The notes under the pieces: model-generated | The model's input: the letters and a program-made list of their open reading frames with translations, nothing else | What the model was told of the DNA's origin: nothing | The model's database searches: none | Source: an uncultured Methanosarcinales archaeon | Lineage (GTDB): Archaea; Nanobdellota; Nanobdellia; Woesearchaeales; GW2011-AR9 | Reading direction: 5' to 3' | Assembly (NCBI GenBank): GCA_964604645.1 | Contig: CAZRZP010000001.1 | Coordinates: 9,394-73,393 of the forward strand | Length of the DNA: 64,000 nt | Shown here: piece after piece, positions 28,325 through 37,130 of the stretch | Numbering within the stretch: the first letter of the stretch is position 1 | Layout of the letters: each line of letters begins with the position of its first letter | Program-made: the position numbers and the translations under genes

Positions 28325-29328
28325 ATATTTGGGTCACTTAATGCTTCAAAGATTTCTCTTTCTAAGTATCTTGCAGTCTTTCCAACAATTAATTCATAGT
28401 TATCTATTGTTGCAATAACGGCCCGATCACTTTTTCCATTCTTACAGGATAACTTCATGATGGCAGTTCTCATTTCATCATAACTTAATTTTTTATTTTT
28501 ATATTCTAAAGGGATAGAAAATTCGGGAGGTATTTCTCCCAATTCATCTTTTGCTAATTTACTTGTTATTTCTGAAAAATATGCTGGTAAAAGTCTGCAT
28601 ACATTTCCATTTTTTGAATCTTCAAGTTGATATCGGCACTTTAAACCACTATAATGTTCTTTGCTTGAATCTAAACAAGGCTCTTTAAGTGATGCATACT
28701 CTCCCGAACATAATTGGTCTATTTGATCTTTTTTTTCAAGTTCAGAAAGTTTTTGTTTTTTTAATAACTCCAAAAATTCAATCCCATAAGAAATTCTTTT
28801 TCTACTTTCCACTACATCTATTAGTCCCCGATAGAAATCTAATTTTGCAGAAGCATTTAACCCCTTGGATATTTTTCCGATAGCCCATCCAGTGTTACAA
28901 TTTGGATCTGCAAAATAATTCCTAGCAAAATCAATAGCAACTTTAACTGTTTCTTCTAAGCCGTATTTAGCTTGAATTTCTGCAAACCTTGGCGCAAGAA
29001 TATTATCCCACGGCATAGGAAGGCAAGGATCTCTATCTATTGTATCCTTTTGTATCTCTTTAAGATAATCCTCAAATACTTGTTTTCCTAATCCTTCTGG
29101 AGCTCTTTCTAAATCTAATGATGGCAATGTTGCTGGAACTGCTAATGGTGTTGCTTCTGGAGCTTCAACCTTCGTTTCTAAAACTTCGTCATCTTCTACA
29201 TTTCTTACATCTTCAATTGTATCTTCGTCTTGATTAGTATCTGTAGAAAGAATATCATAAGTGCACCAGCCTGTGATACTTAATGCTAATGCTGCTAATC
29301 CGGTTAATATTTTGTTTCTGGTTGTCAT
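28303..29328 (-). CDS. membrane-anchored Cys-containing hypothetical protein (tandem paralog 2)
   Basis: Paralog of 27224-28324 with a conserved N-terminal signal-anchor and acidic stalk. Confidence 0.4.
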   Translation of the reverse strand: MTTRNKILTGLAALALSITGWCTYDILSTDTNQDEDTIEDVRNVEDDEVLETKVEAPEATPLAVPATLPSLDLERAPEGLGKQVFEDYLKEIQKDTIDRDPCLPMPWDNILAPRFAEIQAKYGLEETVKVAIDFARNYFADPNCNTGWAIGKISKGLNASAKLDFYRGLIDVVESRKRISYGIEFLELLKKQKLSELEKKDQIDQLCSGEYASLKEPCLDSSKEHYSGLKCRYQLEDSKNGNVCRLLPAYFSEITSKLAKDELGEIPPEFSIPLEYKNKKLSYDEMRTAIMKLSCKNGKSDRAVIATIDNYELIVGKTARYLEREIFEALSDPNICADLDK

Positions 29329-29424
29329 TAGGTCTCTTTTTGGCTTAAAACAGCCTGTTTTTATAAATATTTCGCTTTATTTGTTACTAGCTAGTGGCGA
29401 CATCAACTAACCGCAAATCCATCC

Positions 29425-29445
29425 AAACATATTTATACTTAATCT
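29425..29445 (+). promoter_or_regulatory. putative archaeal TATA box for the pop5-psmA-exosome operon
   Basis: 'atttatact' about 22-26 nt upstream of the pop5 ATG at 29459. Confidence 0.3.
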
Positions 29446-29458
29446 GATTCAATTAAAC

Positions 29459-29773
29459 ATGAAACCACTTGCTTCATTAAAGCAAAAGAAACGCTATATC
29501 GTATTTCAAACTGAACCAAAGCAGTCAAAAGAAGACTTACAGAAAGCTGTAAAAGAAGCTTTACGCGATTTCTTAGGTGTTTTAGGTGTGGCAAAAGCAG
29601 CTCCTTTATTCGCAAAGTATAAAAACGGCAAATTTATTCTAAAAATTAATCATAAATACGTAGATGAAGCTAAATCTGCAGTTATTTTAATCAAAACAAT
29701 TAAAAATAAACCAGTGTTAGTGCAATCAATTACTACGTCTGGAACGATTAAAAAAGCAAGTTCCTTTATGTGA
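29459..29773 (+). CDS. pop5: RNase P protein component Pop5 (Rpp14-like)
   Basis: 'KRYIVFQTEP' start and the C-terminal 'TSGTIKK' pattern of Pop5. Its position at the head of the psmA-exosome superoperon is conserved. Confidence 0.5.
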   Translation: MKPLASLKQKKRYIVFQTEPKQSKEDLQKAVKEALRDFLGVLGVAKAAPLFAKYKNGKFILKINHKYVDEAKSAVILIKTIKNKPVLVQSITTSGTIKKASSFM

Positions 29774-29782
29774 GGTGTGACA

Positions 29783-30508
29783 ATGAATCCTAGTAAACAA
29801 ATGGTAGATAAAATGGGCTATGATCGCTCAATTACAATGTTTTCCCCTGATGGAAGGCTATTACAGGTAGAATATGCAAAAAAGACAGTAAGACAAGGTT
29901 CAACAGCATTAGGTTTTACTTGCAAAGATGGTATAGTTTTAGTTGCTGATAAAAGAATTAATTCTAAATTAGTTGTTGCTGAAGCAATTGAAAAAACATT
30001 TAAGATTGATGACCATATAGCTGCAACTGCTTCAGGTCTTATTGCTGACGCTCGAGTCTTAGTAGACAGAACCCAATTAAGAGCTCAACAACATTCTGTA
30101 ACTTATGATTCCAAAATTGATGTCATTTCAATTGTAAAAGACATCTGTGATTTGAAGCAAATATGTACTCAATCTGCTGGTTTAAGGCCGTTTGGTGTCT
30201 CCATGTTAGTTGCTGGTATTGAAGATGATGGGACAATTAAATTATTTGTTACTGAACCATACGGTTTATATTTTCAAATGAATGCAGCTGTTATTGGAGA
30301 AGGTGAAGCTGATATTGATGGTCTTTTACAAAAAAAATACAAATCTTCTATGACGACCAAAGAGTGTATTAAATTAGGATTGGGCTTACTAAAAGATTAT
30401 CTGGGTGCAGAATTTAATTTTGACAGAGTTGATGCGGTTGTAGTTCATGAATCTGATAAGAGATTCAATAAATTGTCTGATGATGAGTTACGTCTAGCTA
30501 TGAAATAA
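29783..30508 (+). CDS. psmA: proteasome alpha subunit
   Basis: 'YDRSITMFSPDGRLLQVEYAKK' signature. The ATG at 29783 follows the 'gaggtg' SD. The listed ORF starts at an upstream GTG. Confidence 0.9.
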   Translation: MNPSKQMVDKMGYDRSITMFSPDGRLLQVEYAKKTVRQGSTALGFTCKDGIVLVADKRINSKLVVAEAIEKTFKIDDHIAATASGLIADARVLVDRTQLRAQQHSVTYDSKIDVISIVKDICDLKQICTQSAGLRPFGVSMLVAGIEDDGTIKLFVTEPYGLYFQMNAAVIGEGEADIDGLLQKKYKSSMTTKECIKLGLGLLKDYLGAEFNFDRVDAVVVHESDKRFNKLSDDELRLAMK

Positions 30509-30521
30509 TCTCTAAGATACA

Positions 30522-31205
30522 ATGTCTGAGAAACTAACTTTAGCAAGGATAAAGCGGTTTGGTCAAACCTTTGAATTGAGTGTTGATCCAGATAAAGCTC
30601 AACAATATCGTAAAGGTGAGATAACTGATTTACGTGAAGTTCTATTGGTTGAAGATATATATACAGATGCCAGAAAAGGTTTAAGAGCTACCGATGAAAC
30701 TTTAGCTAAAGCTTTTCAAACGACTGAATTTTCTAAAATTGCAGACGCTATTCTGAGAAAGGGTGAATTACAGTTATCTTCAGATCAAAGAGCTGAGGAG
30801 AGGGAGAGAAGAAGGAAACAATTGGTTAATATGATTCATGTTCAAGCAGTTGATTCAACCAATAATTTACCGCATCCTGCTGCAAGGATAGAAGCTGCTT
30901 TGGTGGAAGCTAACATTCGTTTGGAAGATCATAAAACTGTTGAAGAACAATTTGATGGTATTATATCTAAGCTTCGTCCAATAATTCCTCTAAAGATTGA
31001 ACAGAAAGAAGTTACAATTACAATTCCTGCTGAATATACTGGAAAGAGTTATCAAACTGTTAAATCCAATTCTAAAATTTTGAAAGAAGATTGGTTATCT
31101 AATGGAAATTGGCAAGTACGTGTTGCTGTTCCTGCTGGTTTGTATCCTGATTTGATTGAAAAAATTAATTCTGTAACTCGTGGAGAAGCAAGAATTGAAG
31201 GGTAG
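30522..31205 (+). CDS. sdo1: SBDS/Sdo1 family ribosome maturation protein
   Basis: 'IARIKRFGQTFELSVDPDKAQQYRKGE' matches the FYSH domain. Its position in the superoperon is conserved. Confidence 0.8.
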   Translation: MSEKLTLARIKRFGQTFELSVDPDKAQQYRKGEITDLREVLLVEDIYTDARKGLRATDETLAKAFQTTEFSKIADAILRKGELQLSSDQRAEERERRRKQLVNMIHVQAVDSTNNLPHPAARIEAALVEANIRLEDHKTVEEQFDGIISKLRPIIPLKIEQKEVTITIPAEYTGKSYQTVKSNSKILKEDWLSNGNWQVRVAVPAGLYPDLIEKINSVTRGEARIEG

Positions 31206-31299
31206 TTTTGTTGGATTTTTCTAATTTATAGGATTCAACCAAAAACCTTATAAATAAATCATTGATTCAGCAACTTACGAGAGAAAAAAACGAAATAAT

Positions 31300-32106
31300 A
31301 TGGGTTTATTAACTGAAGAAAGGAGTATTGTTGTGCCGGGAGAGGCACTTGCCGAGGGTATGGATTTTCTGCCTGGAGATAGCACATATAGAGAAGCGGA
31401 TAAAATTTATTCTAAAGTATTAGGTTTAGTCATGGTTTCAGGTAGAGTTATTAGAATTACTCCACTTGCTGGTCCTTACGTACCTAAAATTGGAGACAAA
31501 ATAATCGGTACGGTAAAAGATATTGCTTTTTCAGGATGGAGAGTTGATACTGGAACTGCTTATTTAGCAATGCTTAATGTTAGAGATGCAACTTCTCGTT
31601 TTATTAGAAAAGAAGAAGATTTGAGTAAAATCCTTGGAATTGGTGACACTATTGTAGTTAAAATAACTAATGTTACTTCACAGAATTTAATTGATTTAAC
31701 CATGAAAGATCCTGGATTAAGAAGATTGCAAGGTGGAAGAATAATTAAAATTAATAGTCTAAAAGTTCCTCGTGTTATAGGAAAAAAAGGGAGTATGATT
31801 TCTCTAATTAAAGAACGCACCGGAACTGAAATTACAATCGGCCAAAATGGTTTCGTTTGGTTGCATGGTGGGGATGAATATAAAGCTGAGCAGGCAATCA
31901 AACTCATTGAACAGAAAGCTCACGAAGGTGGCTTAACAAATAAAATTGAAGAGTTCTTAGGTCCAGCAAAAAAGTTTCAGGCAAAACCAAGTTCTGAACC
32001 AGCTGAAAAACCAAGTTCAGGATTCAAACCTGCTAAACCAGCAGAACAAACTAACGCGGAACCAACATCAGAATCGACATCAGAACCTACTAATACAGAG
32101 GAATAA
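31300..32106 (+). CDS. rrp4: exosome RNA-binding subunit Rrp4 (S1 plus KH) with a low-complexity tail
   Basis: 'VVPGEALAEG...GDKIIGTVKDIAFSGWRVD' (S1 domain) and the KH 'VIGKKGSMISLI'. Tail 'KPSSEPAEKPSSGFKPAKPAEQ'. Confidence 0.85.
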   Translation: MGLLTEERSIVVPGEALAEGMDFLPGDSTYREADKIYSKVLGLVMVSGRVIRITPLAGPYVPKIGDKIIGTVKDIAFSGWRVDTGTAYLAMLNVRDATSRFIRKEEDLSKILGIGDTIVVKITNVTSQNLIDLTMKDPGLRRLQGGRIIKINSLKVPRVIGKKGSMISLIKERTGTEITIGQNGFVWLHGGDEYKAEQAIKLIEQKAHEGGLTNKIEEFLGPAKKFQAKPSSEPAEKPSSGFKPAKPAEQTNAEPTSESTSEPTNTEE

Positions 32107-32112
32107 TATTCA

Positions 32113-32811
32113 ATGGCATATACAAAAAGAATGGACGGCAGGGCAGTAGACGAGCTGCGTCCGATGGAAGCTAAGGCAGGAGTTATAAAGAACGCTGCAG
32201 GTTCAGCTTCATTTAAGATTGGTAAAACTTGGGCTATTGCCGCAGTATATGGACCTAGAGAGATTTATCCAAAATTTTTAGCAAATCCAACTAAAGGAAT
32301 TTTAAGATGTTTCTATAGCATGATGCCTTTTTCCGGTTCTGGAGAAAGAATCAGGCCTGGAAGAAGTAGGAGAGCTCAGGAAATATCTTTAGTTATGAAA
32401 AATGCATTAGAACCAGTTGTAGATTTATCTGCTTTTCCAAATGCAGTAGTTGACATTTTTATTGAACTTCCTCAAACTGATGCAGGAACAAGATGTGCAG
32501 CAATTTCAGCTGCTTGTATTGCTTTAGCAGACGCAGGAATTCCAATGACCGATATGGTTTCTTCAGTTGCTGTAGGTCAAGTACAAGAGATGGTGTGTGC
32601 TGATTTAACTTATAATGAAGAAGCTTACGAAGCTCCCGTATCAGACATTCCTATTGCTATGCTTAACCGAACTAAAGAAATAACTCTGTTACAAATGGAT
32701 GGAGAAATATCTAAAGAGGATTTGATTAAAGCTCTTGAAATTGGTAAGAAAGCTACAGGGCAAGTTTATGAATTACAAGTAAAAGCGTTAAAGGAGAAAT
32801 TCAATGAGTAA
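32113..32811 (+). CDS. rrp41: exosome catalytic subunit Rrp41 (RNase PH-like)
   Basis: 'RMDGRAVDELRP', 'GSASFKIGKT' and 'DAGTRCAAISAACIALADAGIPM'. Confidence 0.85.
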   Translation: MAYTKRMDGRAVDELRPMEAKAGVIKNAAGSASFKIGKTWAIAAVYGPREIYPKFLANPTKGILRCFYSMMPFSGSGERIRPGRSRRAQEISLVMKNALEPVVDLSAFPNAVVDIFIELPQTDAGTRCAAISAACIALADAGIPMTDMVSSVAVGQVQEMVCADLTYNEEAYEAPVSDIPIAMLNRTKEITLLQMDGEISKEDLIKALEIGKKATGQVYELQVKALKEKFNE

Positions 32812-33595
32812 TTTAGAAGCTATAAAAAGGCTAGCCGCCGCAGGTAAGAGATTGGAAGAGCGAGGGCTTACTGAGTTCCGTCAACCAATTTCAATTCAAA
32901 CTGGAATTAGTTGGACCGCTGAAGGTTCTGCTAAAGTTCAAATTGGCGAAACTGTTGTTATGGCTGGTGTAAAACTTTCAATTGAAAAACCATACAATGA
33001 CACTCCAAATGAAGGCGGAATTATGATTAATGCTGAATTAACTCCGATGTCTAATCCAGATTATGAACCTGGTCCTCCAGGTATTAAAGCTATTGAATTA
33101 GCTCGTGTTACTGATCGTGGAATTAGGGAAGCAAAAGCTATTGATATGAAAAAGTTATGTATTGAACCAGGTGAAAAAGCATGGTTTGTTATTGTGGACA
33201 TTATTACAATTAATGATGCAGGTAATTTATTTGACGTAGCTGGTCTGGCTGTAATGACGGCTCTTAAAGCAGCAAGATTTCCTGAATTTGATGAAACAAC
33301 TGGTGTAATCGATTATAAGAAAAAAACTGATAAACCTCTTCCCCTGAATAAAGAACCTCTCCCTATTACAATTTACAAAATTAACGGAAAATTATTTGTT
33401 GATCCAACATATGAAGAAGAGAAAGCACATGAGGCTCGTTTAACTGTAGCTTCAGATAGTAATGGTATTATCTCAGCTATGCAGAAGGGTGGTTCAAACC
33501 CTCTTTCAATTGGAGAAATTAGTGAGATGGTTGAACTTTCCTTAGAAAAATCAAACTTTTTAAGGGATATATTGCACAAATCTTTAGAAAAATGA
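32804..33595 (+). CDS. rrp42: exosome subunit Rrp42 (RNase PH-like, non-catalytic)
   Basis: RNase PH fold. Overlaps rrp41 by 8 nt. 'GLTEFRQPISIQTG...GSAKVQIGET'. Confidence 0.8.
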   Translation: MSNLEAIKRLAAAGKRLEERGLTEFRQPISIQTGISWTAEGSAKVQIGETVVMAGVKLSIEKPYNDTPNEGGIMINAELTPMSNPDYEPGPPGIKAIELARVTDRGIREAKAIDMKKLCIEPGEKAWFVIVDIITINDAGNLFDVAGLAVMTALKAARFPEFDETTGVIDYKKKTDKPLPLNKEPLPITIYKINGKLFVDPTYEEEKAHEARLTVASDSNGIISAMQKGGSNPLSIGEISEMVELSLEKSNFLRDILHKSLEK

Positions 33596-33792
33596 CAGAA
33601 ATAAAATTTTCAAAATATGAAAAAGCACGAATGATTGGTTCACGTTCTTTACAGCTTTCAATGGGAGCTCCATTTCTGCTAAAACTTTCAGAACAGGATC
33701 TTGAGAAGATGAATTATAACGTAATTGAAATAGCTGTGCAGGAATTCAATGAGGGAATTTTACCAATAACCGTTAAGCGGCCAGTTGCATGA
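33592..33792 (+). CDS. rpoK: DNA-directed RNA polymerase subunit K (Rpb6 homolog)
   Basis: 'KYEKARMIGSRSLQLSMGAP' and 'EFNEGILPITVKR' match the RpoK core. ATGA overlap with rrp42. Confidence 0.75.
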   Translation: MTEIKFSKYEKARMIGSRSLQLSMGAPFLLKLSEQDLEKMNYNVIEIAVQEFNEGILPITVKRPVA

Positions 33793-34079
33793 AAAACGCC
33801 ATCTCATCTGAAAAATTAGAATCATACTTCTCAATAACTGGAAAAGCTTTACAACTTGCGCAAAATGCATTTGATCATTCAAGAGAAGTTGAAGCTGCTG
33901 ATTTCTGGGACATGGCAAGTAGATACTTTAATGATGCGTTCTATTTTCTTAATAACAAAGAAGATGCTACTTTAGCATTTGCCGCTTTAAATTACGCTCA
34001 TGGTTGGCTGGATGCTGGTGCAAGAATTGGTCTTTTTCGGGTTACAGATTCTACATTATTTACTGTTGATGGCGTATAA
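33789..34079 (+). CDS. small conserved hypothetical protein (DUF357-like), co-transcribed with rpoK
   Basis: ATGA overlap with the rpoK stop. 96-aa helical protein. Confidence 0.4.
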   Translation: MKNAISSEKLESYFSITGKALQLAQNAFDHSREVEAADFWDMASRYFNDAFYFLNNKEDATLAFAALNYAHGWLDAGARIGLFRVTDSTLFTVDGV

Positions 34080-34227
34080 TTTTTTTCAATTATCTACTTT
34101 TTTTTACCATATTAACTTAAATTCTTGGCTTAATTATAACTACTAATTAGTACTAAAACACGAAACATTTATAAAAGGCTGCTAATTATATCATTTAAAT
34201 CAAGTTTATGGTGAGCAGGGGTTCTGG

Positions 34228-35037
34228 GTGTGGAGGTATAATACAATGATTGTTCAAAAGGAATTCCTAAACAAACTCAAAGACTTCGGTCTTAACTCGT
34301 ATGAGAGTAAACTATGGATTGCGCTATTAAGTAGGGGCGTTTCTACCGCAGGAGAATTATCTGACATCTCAAATGTACCGAGAAGCAGAGCTTATGATGT
34401 ATTAGAATCTTTAGAGAAAAAAGGATTTATTATAGTAAAAGTTGGTAAACCAATTAAATATCTGGCTGTTCCACCAGCAGAAGTTGTTGAAAGAGTCAAA
34501 AAGAAAATAGCTGAAGATGCGGCTCAAAAAAGTGAAATTTTATCTAAATTAAAACAAAGTGAAATTCTAAGCGAATTAAATACATTGCATACGGAAGGAG
34601 TTAAACTTGTTGACCCAACTGATAAATCAGGAGCTTTTAGAGGAAGAGAGAGAGTACATGATCATTTGGTTTCTATGGTTAAGAGAGCTAAAAATAGTGT
34701 TGTTCTGATGACCTCAAAAAATGGCACTGAACGTAAATTTGATCTGTTATCAAGTCACTTTAAGAAAGCAGCTAAAAATGGAGTAGAAGTGAGAATTGCT
34801 GTTCCGGTTACTGCAGGAAAAGATCATGTAGAAAATCTTTCTAAAGTTGGTAAAGTTCGTAGTTTCAAAGGTCAATCAGCTAGATTCTGTATTGTTGATA
34901 ACAAAGAAGTTTTACTTTTCTTAACAAATGATAAAGAAGTTCATAAAAGTTATGACTGTGCAGTTTGGTTAGATGCACCTTATTTTGTTGAATATTTCTC
35001 AAGTTTGTTTGAGAGAGAATGGAAAGCAGTTAAGTAA
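34228..35037 (+). CDS. TrmB-family transcriptional regulator
   Basis: 'SYESKLWIALLSRGVSTAGELSDISNVPRSRAYDVLESLEKKGFI' is a TrmB HTH. Confidence 0.65.
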   Translation: MWRYNTMIVQKEFLNKLKDFGLNSYESKLWIALLSRGVSTAGELSDISNVPRSRAYDVLESLEKKGFIIVKVGKPIKYLAVPPAEVVERVKKKIAEDAAQKSEILSKLKQSEILSELNTLHTEGVKLVDPTDKSGAFRGRERVHDHLVSMVKRAKNSVVLMTSKNGTERKFDLLSSHFKKAAKNGVEVRIAVPVTAGKDHVENLSKVGKVRSFKGQSARFCIVDNKEVLLFLTNDKEVHKSYDCAVWLDAPYFVEYFSSLFEREWKAVK

Positions 35038-35205
35038 GCTTTTAACATTTAATTTTTAATTTTAATCTTTTTGTGTTTATTATAATTCTTATTTGATTAC
35101 AATAATTCTTATAGTACCTTAAAAGTTAGTATTGTCAAAACCACAATTGACAATTGTCTGGATTGATGAATACATTTTTATATCATTATTTTCTTTCTTA
35201 ATCTC

Positions 35206-35550
35206 ATGACACTAAAACAAGTTATCTTAGTTAGGCAGGATTTGAAACTTCCAAAAGGGAAATTAGCTGCACAAGCTGCTCATGCGTCGGTGGAAGCTGT
35301 TTTGAAATCTGATACTTCTTTAGTAAAATCATGGAGAAAAACAGGTATGGCTAAAATTGTTCTTAAAGTTAAGGATGAGAAAGAGTTAATTAAATTCTTT
35401 CAGCTAGCTAAAGATGAAAATATTACTGCTTCTTTAATTACTGATGCTGGTAGGACAGTAATAGCTCCAGGAACTAAGACTTGTGTTGGCATTGGTCCAG
35501 CTGAGGAAGATGAGATCGACTCTTTGACGAAAGATTTGAAATTATTGTGA
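35206..35550 (+). CDS. pth2: peptidyl-tRNA hydrolase, archaeal type
   Basis: 'KQVILVRQDLKLPKGKLAAQAAHAS' and the C-terminal '...GIGP...LKLL'. Confidence 0.85.
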   Translation: MTLKQVILVRQDLKLPKGKLAAQAAHASVEAVLKSDTSLVKSWRKTGMAKIVLKVKDEKELIKFFQLAKDENITASLITDAGRTVIAPGTKTCVGIGPAEEDEIDSLTKDLKLL

Positions 35551-35757
35551 TTTCTTGTCTAAATAGAATAAGTGCAAAATTTGTCCATCTGGGTTTTTTT
35601 GAGGAACATATCTGCAATTATATTTCTTCCTTTGACAATAAACTTCAATTATGCTTAAATCATGTTCATCGCATTCTTTTAATTGAAAAGTTCCGTTTGA
35701 ATCTTCAACCAATCGCTCCAAATCAAACTTCTTCCATAATGCATCATAGATTATCAT
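35542..35757 (-). CDS. small hypothetical protein (may be spurious)
   Basis: 71-aa ORF of non-repetitive composition that overlaps the pth2 3' end by 9 nt. No motif. Confidence 0.25.
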   Translation of the reverse strand: MIIYDALWKKFDLERLVEDSNGTFQLKECDEHDLSIIEVYCQRKKYNCRYVPQKNPDGQILHLFYLDKKSQ

Positions 35758-35764
35758 TTCTAAT

Positions 35765-35955
35765 CAAGAAAAGTATGCCTACCTCCTCCTAAGAGAAAGT
35801 AGGCACCTTCCTTGGCGGAAGCATTATATAACAAAAGACATTTGTTTTCGTACAAATGACTTTTGGAATACCGGAGGAAGCGAGGCTTCCGCGGCGCCAA
35901 AAGCTATGCTTTTGAGCGTACTGAAAGTCACAAATTTTTGTACGAACGTTTGTGT
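35765..35955 (-). other. GC-rich, highly structured intergenic segment (candidate ncRNA or multi-hairpin terminator)
   Basis: Hairpins 'tgcctac...gtaggca', 'cttcc-ttggc-ggaag', 'ggaagc-gag-gcttcc' and 'caaaagc-tat-gcttttg'. Flanked by inverted copies of 'ttcgtacaaa..tgac' about 80 nt apart. Confidence 0.25.
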
Positions 35956-35961
35956 CTTTCA

Positions 35962-36981
35962 TTATAGGTAAAAACTCATGCCTTGTTGAGATAAGTCTAC
36001 CTGAACTGGTTTGACTCGTTGCAATGTGTCGGCTTGTCTTTCAGCTTCTTGTCTAGCTCTTATTTCTAAACCGTCGTGGTAGTTGTCATTCAATTTAGGT
36101 TCATGGTGGCCAAGTAAAATATGTTTAACTTCAGCTTCAGTTGCCATGATTAAATCGCTTTTATAATCGCTGTGTCCCCATGTTGGCATGAATCTATTCA
36201 ATCTAGCATATTTTTCTTCAGCATCTCTAGGTTCATACTGTGCATCTAGGTAGGCAAAGTCTGCACCTGCTAAAAAAGCTACCAGATTATCATCGTAACC
36301 ATTCTCGTCCGGTTCAAAATCCGTGCCATTTACAAAGATTCTTTTTGAACCATCAGGTTTGGTTTCAGTTAACCTATAAGATATACATCCCCCTGGATGG
36401 TTAACCCCTAAAGTATCAACTTGGAAAGTATCTGTCTTATAAACAGTCGCACCGGGCATGAAGTCATAGAATCCTTCAATGCCTTTCATTACATCCAAAG
36501 GTGCAGGAAAATTTCTAAAAGCCATCTGGTCTTGCAATACTTCTTTAATCCCCTTTCCGTTAACACTGAATACTCCACTTACAAAAGCAGCTTGATCAGA
36601 ATGTTGTAAAATTGCACTTTCTAAATCTGATTTAACTGCTAAATTTCCTCCTAAGTTTGCGACCTTTGCTTCACCAAAGACAGCGATTTTATTCCCTGGG
36701 ATGTATGCAGGTGTGAAAAAAGGTAGGCCTTGGATATGATCCCAATGTGTATGTGTGATGTAAAGGTTAGCCTCTAAGCTTTTCCCAGTTGTTAAGTAAT
36801 GGTTTCCTAATTCTCTGATACCTGAACCTGCATCTAAGATGTGTTTGCTTCCATCATCTGCAATAACTTCAATACATGTTGTATCTCCGCCGTACTTGTG
36901 AGTTATTCTTTCTTTGCCTTCAGGAGTTTTTCCTGATGGTGAGGGAATTGACCCTCGGTTTCCCCATATGTTTATTTTCAT
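35962..36981 (-). CDS. metallo-beta-lactamase-fold hydrolase
   Basis: 'LYITHTHWDHIQGLP' (HxHxDH) and downstream His/Asp ligands. Confidence 0.7.
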   Translation of the reverse strand: MKINIWGNRGSIPSPSGKTPEGKERITHKYGGDTTCIEVIADDGSKHILDAGSGIRELGNHYLTTGKSLEANLYITHTHWDHIQGLPFFTPAYIPGNKIAVFGEAKVANLGGNLAVKSDLESAILQHSDQAAFVSGVFSVNGKGIKEVLQDQMAFRNFPAPLDVMKGIEGFYDFMPGATVYKTDTFQVDTLGVNHPGGCISYRLTETKPDGSKRIFVNGTDFEPDENGYDDNLVAFLAGADFAYLDAQYEPRDAEEKYARLNRFMPTWGHSDYKSDLIMATEAEVKHILLGHHEPKLNDNYHDGLEIRARQEAERQADTLQRVKPVQVDLSQQGMSFYL

Positions 36982-37130
36982 TTTTTTGTCTCCCTTCCGC
37001 CATTACGAAGGATCCTAGATTTTTCTTTTCTCATACCTTATATGTAGCCAACAAGATATTTAAAACAACAAGGCTAATTTTTAGTAAAAAAGCGAAAGAT
37101 TTATCATTAAACTCGTCTTTTTTTTGAGAC

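Noticed and set aside
35547-35792. 81-aa plus-strand ORF overlapping the pth2 3' end.
   Set aside because: It starts inside the pth2 coding frame overlap and runs through the GC-rich hairpin block with low-complexity composition, so it is likely spurious. The opposite-strand 71-aa ORF is kept at low confidence.
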